DNA of 64,000 nucleotides from Sulfurimonadaceae bacterium (GTDB lineage Bacteria; Campylobacterota; Campylobacteria; Campylobacterales; Sulfurimonadaceae): NCBI GenBank assembly GCA_041571435.1, contig JBFFUI010000007.1, positions 1 to 64,000 of the forward strand, read 5' to 3'. Shown piece by piece: positions 58,006 to 64,000 of this stretch (position 1 is its first letter; each line of letters starts with the position of its first letter). The notes under the pieces were generated by a model. It saw only the letters and a program-made list of their open reading frames with translations, ran no database searches and was not told where the DNA came from. The position numbers and the translations under genes were made by a program.

Positions 58006-58749
58006 ATGCAAAAATTTATAGAGGCCTGTTTTGAGGCGGCGCTGGAGATTGAATCTCTTATCCGTTCAACACAGCACAGTTACGGCTGTGAACCTCAGAC
58101 AACCGGAGCCGGTGGCGATGTCAGCATCGGCTACGATCTGCTTGCAGAATCGTGTTTTGTCAAACACCTCGGTTCTTTTGGTCAGATCCTCTCAGAAGAG
58201 AGTGGGCTGATCGGTGAAGGCGATGACCTCATTATTATCGATCCTATAGACGGCAGCGATAACCTTAAATCCAATTTTCCCTATTACGGTGCGTCAGTCG
58301 CCTATCAACATGACGAGAAGACAGTCGCAGGATTCGTCTGCAATTTTGCAAATGGGGACTGTTTTGTACGTACAGAGGGTAAACCCTACCGCCGTTCTCT
58401 TTTTAGAGAAGGGGAGCGCGAAGAGGTACGTATAAACCTGCATTCCAAAGTGGGGCTGTTTGAAAAAGCAGGTCTCCATCCCGGTGCGGCTCGGACACTG
58501 ATGGATATCGGTCTTAAGTTCCGTGCGCCGGGTGCTGTGGCACTCTCATTGTCGTATGCACACGACTGTCGTTATGTGGTCTTTTTAGGGGATATCCGCC
58601 CTTATGATGTCGCAGCAGGGCTTTATTTATGCGAAGACCTGTATACATATGTCGGCGAAGATATTTTAATCGTATCACATAATAAGGATGTCTTCGCTAA
58701 AATACTGACAATATTCAATTTAAGAGATACCTCAAACGACTTTGTATGA
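58006..58749 (+). CDS. Inositol monophosphatase family protein
   Basis: SEESG, IIDPIDGSDN, YDVAAG. Confidence 0.85.
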   Translation: MQKFIEACFEAALEIESLIRSTQHSYGCEPQTTGAGGDVSIGYDLLAESCFVKHLGSFGQILSEESGLIGEGDDLIIIDPIDGSDNLKSNFPYYGASVAYQHDEKTVAGFVCNFANGDCFVRTEGKPYRRSLFREGEREEVRINLHSKVGLFEKAGLHPGAARTLMDIGLKFRAPGAVALSLSYAHDCRYVVFLGDIRPYDVAAGLYLCEDLYTYVGEDILIVSHNKDVFAKILTIFNLRDTSNDFV

Positions 58750-58791
58750 TCTACAAGTGTCAGTGTGTATCAGATTTTGTAAGGCGAGTGA

Positions 58792-59640
58792 ATGAATCTT
58801 TTTGACCTTTTTAGCAGTTCCAATTCATCGAAACAACAAGCAACCAAAAGCGAAGCTCCGGCCCACTGGGTAAAATGTCCGTCATGCCAGTCCTTGATGT
58901 ACTACAAAGAGGTTGAAAACCAGAACCATGTCTGCCCGAAATGTGGGTACCATCTTCGTCTGGGCGTTGATGCACGTATCAAGCTCTTGTCCGATGAGAA
59001 TACGTTCGTCGAGTTTGATGACAACCTGAGACCGATCGATCCGCTAAAGTTTGTCGATAAAAAATCATATCTCAAACGTGTCGAAGAGGGTGTCAAAAAG
59101 ACAGGGCGCCACTCTTCTGTTGTGAGCGGTGAATGTGAGATAAACGGTATCGGGACACAGTTGGTCGTTTTTGATTTCGGTTTTATGGGTGGTTCTCTCG
59201 GTTCGGTCGAAGGTGAGAAGATCGTTCGTGCTATCAACCGTGCGATCGAGAAACGCCAAGGTCTTATTATCGTCTCTGCTTCCGGCGGTGCACGTATGCA
59301 AGAGTCAACGTTCTCACTGCTTCAGATGTCCAAGACATCGGCAGCCTTAGCCAAACTTGCAGAGGCAAAGCTCCCGTACATCTCACTGTTGACGGATCCG
59401 ACAATGGGCGGTGTCAGTGCATCATTTGCGACGCTGGGTGACATCATCATCGCAGAGCCGGGCGCTTTGGTCGGTTTTGCCGGCCAGCGCGTTATCAAGC
59501 AGACGATCGGTTCTGATCTGCCTGAGGGCTTTCAAAGAGCCGAGTTCCTGCTGGAGAAAGGCTCTATCGATATGGTTGTCAACCGTAACGAGATGAAAGA
59601 GACGCTTGGCAATCTGTTAAAGATGATGTTGGGCAAATAG
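58792..59640 (+). CDS. accD: Acetyl-CoA carboxylase carboxyltransferase beta subunit
   Basis: WVKCPSC...[28 protein letters not shown]. Confidence 0.97.
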   Translation: MNLFDLFSSSNSSKQQATKSEAPAHWVKCPSCQSLMYYKEVENQNHVCPKCGYHLRLGVDARIKLLSDENTFVEFDDNLRPIDPLKFVDKKSYLKRVEEGVKKTGRHSSVVSGECEINGIGTQLVVFDFGFMGGSLGSVEGEKIVRAINRAIEKRQGLIIVSASGGARMQESTFSLLQMSKTSAALAKLAEAKLPYISLLTDPTMGGVSASFATLGDIIIAEPGALVGFAGQRVIKQTIGSDLPEGFQRAEFLLEKGSIDMVVNRNEMKETLGNLLKMMLGK

Positions 59641-59666
59641 GGTTTATCCTGTCAGCACCTTCAGCC

Positions 59667-60233
59667 ATGCAGCTTTACGCACTTTGCGATCAATCAACAC
59701 TTGATTCCAAAAACATCTCTCTTGAAACATTTGTTGACCTTTGCTGTCAACACGATGCACAGATCATACAATATCGCAATAAAAGTCAGGACTTCGAATT
59801 TATCACGGCACAGCTTGTCAGACTGCGAGAGCTCTGGAAGAAGACTTTGATCATCAATGATGCCCTAATGTTGCACCCTTATTGTGACGGCGTCCATCTG
59901 GGGCAGGATGATCTTAAAAAGGTCGATAGTGACCCTTTTTCCGCTATTGAGAAGATTCGAAAGATGATCGGTTCAGAGAAGATCATAGGTCTCTCGACAC
60001 ACAACATTGATGAGATCAAACTGGCAAACCTTCTGGACCTTGATTATATCGGTCTGGGTGCCTACAGAGCGACAAATACCAAAGAGGATGCAGCACCTCT
60101 CCAAGAGCTCTTAGATGACCTTGCAGTGCATTCCAGACACCCTGTAGCCGCCATAGGCGGTGTCCGTTTGGATGACACCTTTAAGCATGTGACATACCGG
60201 GTGGTCAGCAGTGCACTCTACAAAGGTGAATAG
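59667..60233 (+). CDS. thiE: Thiamine phosphate synthase family protein
   Basis: QYRNK, IIND, GVHLGQDD, GLSTHN, AIGG. Confidence 0.85.
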   Translation: MQLYALCDQSTLDSKNISLETFVDLCCQHDAQIIQYRNKSQDFEFITAQLVRLRELWKKTLIINDALMLHPYCDGVHLGQDDLKKVDSDPFSAIEKIRKMIGSEKIIGLSTHNIDEIKLANLLDLDYIGLGAYRATNTKEDAAPLQELLDDLAVHSRHPVAAIGGVRLDDTFKHVTYRVVSSALYKGE

Positions 60234-60692
60234 ATGAACGTCGACATTGTTTCTATCGCCAAAAAAGAGCGTTCTTTATATGATCCGCTCAATAAAGAGC
60301 TGATCAAGATGTCATCTCGCTTCGCAAAAATTAACGATATTGAACTTTTCAACAAAGATGTTACCAAAGCACACACTATCGGAGTAGAGGCCGCCCAGAG
60401 CGCATATACAAAAGTTATGGAACCGTATTTGCAGGGTGCATATACCGTCGCTTTGCACCCTGATGGAAAAATAATCAATTCTATCGACTTTAGTAAGCTT
60501 TTAACTGATAAAATGGCGGTTAAATTTTTTATAGGTGGTGCTTACGGGTTTGAGGACTCGTTTTTGAAACGCTGTGATAAAGTGATCTCTCTTGGAGAGA
60601 TCACGATGAGCCACAAGATCGCCAAGGTGGTCCTGTTGGAACAGATATATCGCGGTTTTTCAATATTGAGCAACCATCCATATCATAAATAG
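60234..60692 (+). CDS. rlmH: 23S rRNA pseudouridine-1915 N3-methyltransferase
   Basis: [14 protein letters not shown]...HPYHK. Confidence 0.93.
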   Translation: MNVDIVSIAKKERSLYDPLNKELIKMSSRFAKINDIELFNKDVTKAHTIGVEAAQSAYTKVMEPYLQGAYTVALHPDGKIINSIDFSKLLTDKMAVKFFIGGAYGFEDSFLKRCDKVISLGEITMSHKIAKVVLLEQIYRGFSILSNHPYHK

Positions 60693-60700
60693 GACGTTAA

Positions 60701-61048
60701 ATGCGTAATAGTGAACTCAATTTTTTTGTTGATATGTTAGATGCTCGTAGAGAGCAGATCCAAAAGAACATTGCAGGTGTTGAAAAAGATCTAAAAGAGT
60801 TACACTCTCTGGAGCTTAACGATGAAGGCGATTATGCTTCTGTAAGTAACGATAACCTTCGTGAAGTCGCACTCGGTCAGCAGCAGGAGCTGGAGTTGAT
60901 CGAGATTGAAGTTGCTTTGGGTAAAATTAAAGACAAACAATATGGCATCTGCGAGATGTGTGAAGAAGAGATCTCTATTCAACGTCTAAAAGTAAAACCG
61001 CATGCAAAATACTGCATCGACTGCCGGGAGATTGTTGAAAAACAATAG
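60701..61048 (+). CDS. dksA: RNA polymerase-binding protein DksA
   Basis: DEGD coiled-coil tip; YGICEMC...RL..P.A.YCIDC. Confidence 0.92.
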   Translation: MRNSELNFFVDMLDARREQIQKNIAGVEKDLKELHSLELNDEGDYASVSNDNLREVALGQQQELELIEIEVALGKIKDKQYGICEMCEEEISIQRLKVKPHAKYCIDCREIVEKQ

Positions 61049-61063
61049 TAAGAAGGATATCCA

Positions 61064-62095
61064 ATGTACATAAAACGCTATACGGTAGCAGCATTCATTT
61101 TAATGGCCTTAGTTGGTTCATATTTTTATATCTCTTTCCCCAATGAGACGCTTGCGCTGACTGTGCTGGGCGTAAACCTGCCGTTGCTGCCAATAGCTGT
61201 CTGGGTTGTACTCGCGATGTTTGTTCTCTACCTTAGCACAGTTGGACACATGCTCTACTATTCAGTGGTCGGATCGTTAAAATTGCGTAAATTCCGCAAA
61301 GACTCTGAAACCTTTGTCAACTCTGTAAGCGATGCACTTCTAGGGCGTATCGAGCGTAACCACAGTTACAAGACAGAACGCTACAGTGCATTCGCCAAAG
61401 TACTGGATGCGTCGCGCCTTGAGCTCTTAAAAGAGATCGAAGCGACAGGTGAAGATAAACTTGACCAGACGATCGAACTCTTGCAGAAGATCAAAAACGG
61501 CGAACACGTCGATCTTAAAAAGTACCGTCTTTCACTGAAAAATCCTTTGGTCAAACAAAATGATCTTAACGCCTACAATGCGGGCGATATTTCAGAAGAG
61601 CAGATCCTCAACAATGCCGAGAGATATTCCGAAGATCTGGTCTCGCTTGCCTTCACCAACTATGCAAAGACGGCGCCGCTTGACCTGATCGACAAGTATA
61701 AAGCCTTCTTGACGAAAACTGTTCTTTTCAAGATCGTTGCGCGTGTCAATGCGGAAGAGAACATCCTTGATATCTCTGTAGAACACCTTATCTCACTCTT
61801 TAACGAAGTCGAGATCAGTGAAGAGGGGTATATCAACCTTTCGGCGACACTTTCAGCGAATATGCTTCCTGATGAGCGCATCAAGCTCTTCAAGAAGCTT
61901 TCGGAAGAGAATGAAACGGCGATGCCGGCGTATCTGTATACGCTCTTTGACCTTGAGATGATCGCTCCGGCAGAAGAGATCCTGGAAAACTCACAACCTG
62001 ATGAATACACCTACTTCAAGGCATATAAGGCGCTTAAAGATTGTCATAAAAATTTCAGTATCGAGTTGTTTATTCCCCACAAAATCTATCAATAA
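61064..62095 (+). CDS. Conserved membrane protein (dksA-dusB linked)
   Basis: Two N-terminal TMs plus helical domain; syntenic position. Confidence 0.75.
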   Translation: MYIKRYTVAAFILMALVGSYFYISFPNETLALTVLGVNLPLLPIAVWVVLAMFVLYLSTVGHMLYYSVVGSLKLRKFRKDSETFVNSVSDALLGRIERNHSYKTERYSAFAKVLDASRLELLKEIEATGEDKLDQTIELLQKIKNGEHVDLKKYRLSLKNPLVKQNDLNAYNAGDISEEQILNNAERYSEDLVSLAFTNYAKTAPLDLIDKYKAFLTKTVLFKIVARVNAEENILDISVEHLISLFNEVEISEEGYINLSATLSANMLPDERIKLFKKLSEENETAMPAYLYTLFDLEMIAPAEEILENSQPDEYTYFKAYKALKDCHKNFSIELFIPHKIYQ

Positions 62096-62266
62096 ACAAA
62101 ACATGTCTACTTTGGCGTAGAGTCAGCCCTTCGGGCTCTTCTATGTCCCACTCAGGTCGATAGCCAACCAAAACCTTTTACACTGCAAACCTTAATTTAG
62201 ATGGGTCTTTCACTATTCGCTATCAATATTTTGCTATAATTCCACAATTTATTTTTTAGGCAGAAT

Positions 62267-63223
62267 ATGACAGACAAGATCTCTTTTGACAAACCGCTTT
62301 ACGTATTGGCACCGCTTGCCGGCTTTACAGACCTGCCGTTTCGCAGTGTCGTAAAGAAATTCGGGGCGGATCTGACTGTCAGCGAGATGGTGAGCTCAAA
62401 CGCTTTGGCTCATGGTTCTCAAAAGACCTTTAAGATGCTGGAAAAGTCTGTACTGGAAGATCCCTATTCGGTACAGATATCCGCTGCCGACCCTGAGATC
62501 GCAAGACGTGCGGTAGAGGTGCTGAATGAGCAAGAAGGTATCGATGTTATTGATCTGAATTGCGGCTGTCCTGTCCCAAAAGTCTTCGGACACGGTTCGG
62601 GTTCTGCGCTTCTGGATGATCTTCCCCGTCTTACATCGATACTGCGTGTCATTAAAGAGACGTCCGCAAAATCGACAACGACGGCCAAGATCCGTCTGGG
62701 GGTCACTGAAAAGAACCATGTGCAGATAGCGCAGGAGATCGAAGCAACGGGTGTTGACTTCATAGCAGTACATGGTCGGACGCGTGCCGGAAAGTTCAAG
62801 GCCCCTGTCGATTATGATGCCATTGCTGAGATCAAGGAGGCTGTCTCCATTCCCGTCATTGCCAACGGGGATATCGACAGTTTTGAAAAAGCACAGTGGG
62901 TTTTGGAGCATACAAAAGCTGACGGCGTTATGATCGGTCGCGGTGCCGTAGGCGCCCCTTGGATATTTCATCAATTAAAGACAGGCTCAGCTGACATCTC
63001 GGTGGCGCTGAAACATGAGATCATCATGGAACATTACGACAAGATGATCGAGTTTTACGGTACACATGGTGTGGCGATGTTCAGAAAACACACCCATACC
63101 TATTCAAAAGGGTATGAAGGCGCTTCTGTTTTGCGAGATAAGGTCAATCACATCAACGATATCATTGAATATCGCAAGGTGTTGGACGACTTTTTTTCAG
63201 CTGCAAAAGAGGCTAACCGATAG
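62267..63223 (+). CDS. dusB: tRNA-dihydrouridine synthase
   Basis: LAPLAGFTD, DLNCGCP, VHGRTR, ANGDI, MIGRGA; upstream TGCTATAAT. Confidence 0.93.
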   Translation: MTDKISFDKPLYVLAPLAGFTDLPFRSVVKKFGADLTVSEMVSSNALAHGSQKTFKMLEKSVLEDPYSVQISAADPEIARRAVEVLNEQEGIDVIDLNCGCPVPKVFGHGSGSALLDDLPRLTSILRVIKETSAKSTTTAKIRLGVTEKNHVQIAQEIEATGVDFIAVHGRTRAGKFKAPVDYDAIAEIKEAVSIPVIANGDIDSFEKAQWVLEHTKADGVMIGRGAVGAPWIFHQLKTGSADISVALKHEIIMEHYDKMIEFYGTHGVAMFRKHTHTYSKGYEGASVLRDKVNHINDIIEYRKVLDDFFSAAKEANR

Positions 63224-63306
63224 CACGTCCAGTGAAACCGAAAGAACGTTTAGAACAAGAGGGTCATTTGAAGAGCGCCAATGATGACGTTTATGAGAGT
63301 TGTCGG

Positions 63307-63642
63307 CTAGTCACACGCTGGGATATTACCGCTGTCGCTTGCAAATTCTACTAGAAAATCTTTAAGATGTCTCGCTTTCTTAGGGTAATATTTACCGTTA
63401 AAGTACTCTATTGAATCTTTAGCAGACTTGTTTGAGCGGTGGATCGTCGCCAGTGCAATACCTTTATTATCCATTAACGCCGTCCATTCATCCTGAGTCT
63501 TGGAAGTTGAAAGCTCATCACCCATACTGTGACAAGGGCGGCAATCATTTTTATAATACTTACGTCCTTTGTATACGGCCGCATCCATCGCAGTGCCGAG
63601 CAGAAGTGCCACCGCTGTACATAAAAAAATCTGTTTACGCAT
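63307..63642 (-). CDS. Monoheme cytochrome c
   Basis: Signal peptide; CRPCH; C-terminal ASDSGNIPAC. Confidence 0.85.
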   Translation of the reverse strand: MRKQIFLCTAVALLLGTAMDAAVYKGRKYYKNDCRPCHSMGDELSTSKTQDEWTALMDNKGIALATIHRSNKSAKDSIEYFNGKYYPKKARHLKDFLVEFASDSGNIPACD

Positions 63643-63952
63643 AATCAACCTTTTGTTATGAAATACCAATGATATGTAGTTAATACGAGATCACTGTTTT
63701 TTAAAATTCGGGTATGTTAGCATGAAAACAGTGCAATCGGCGCGATCGGCTCTATTTTGAATACTATGGTGATAAATGTGTGATTTATTCTATAGTATTA
63801 TGGTATTAAGTGCTCTCTTCCATTCAGATAACTGCTCATGACATTGGCGTGAAACACTCTTTTATGCTTAATTATACAGGTCACCTGTCAAACTATACCC
63901 CCTCCAAAGTCGTTATCTTGTATAATCGCGCGAAATGGGTATAAGGGCATAA

Positions 63953-64000
63953 ATGATCGAGATCATCGAACTTCTTATTCTGGGTGCTGCGGTAGGTGTG
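63953..64000 (+). CDS. Partial membrane protein, possibly TauE/SafE family
   Basis: MIEIIELLILGAAVGV after TATAAT and AAGG; only 16 codons visible. Confidence 0.4.
   Translation, partial: MIEIIELLILGAAVGV

Noticed and set aside
62100-62200. Hairpin-containing intergenic region before dusB, considered as an ncRNA
   Set aside because: No recognisable riboswitch, 6S, SRP or RNase P motifs; probably a terminator

Overview
Chromosomal window from a Campylobacterota bacterium, probably Sulfurimonas/Sulfuricurvum-like. This is inferred from the glmU-coaBC-uppS-pilD-lptF-truA and accD-rlmH-dksA-dusB gene orders, the Campylobacterota-type RecO, and TATAAT-dominated promoters. Roughly 31.9-39 kb and 51-64 kb are housekeeping; 1-31 kb and 39-51 kb are largely accessory. 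The main observations are: (1) an uncharacterised four-gene membrane operon (43.9-48.7 kb) with a 4-TM coiled-coil protein, a periplasmic vWA-like protein, a MotA/ZorA-like protein whose long tail carries 26-aa repeats, and a MotB/ZorB-like protein without an OmpA domain, i.e. a candidate new ion-driven motor or Zorya-like system; (2) an AT-rich integron cassette array with attC sites but no integrase (23.1-25.3 kb), plus an orphan attC of the same family at 6.8 kb; (3) a stand-alone, catalytically degenerate DEAD-box C-terminal-domain gene that shares a 16-nt leader motif and a conserved stem with the rhlE leader; (4) a PLA2-like/permuted NlpC-P60 fusion protein; (5) a diverged copy of the pilD/lptF junction that creates a chimeric ORF. 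No rRNA, tRNA, CRISPR array or transposase was recognised. All family assignments are by eye, from motifs, not from database searches.
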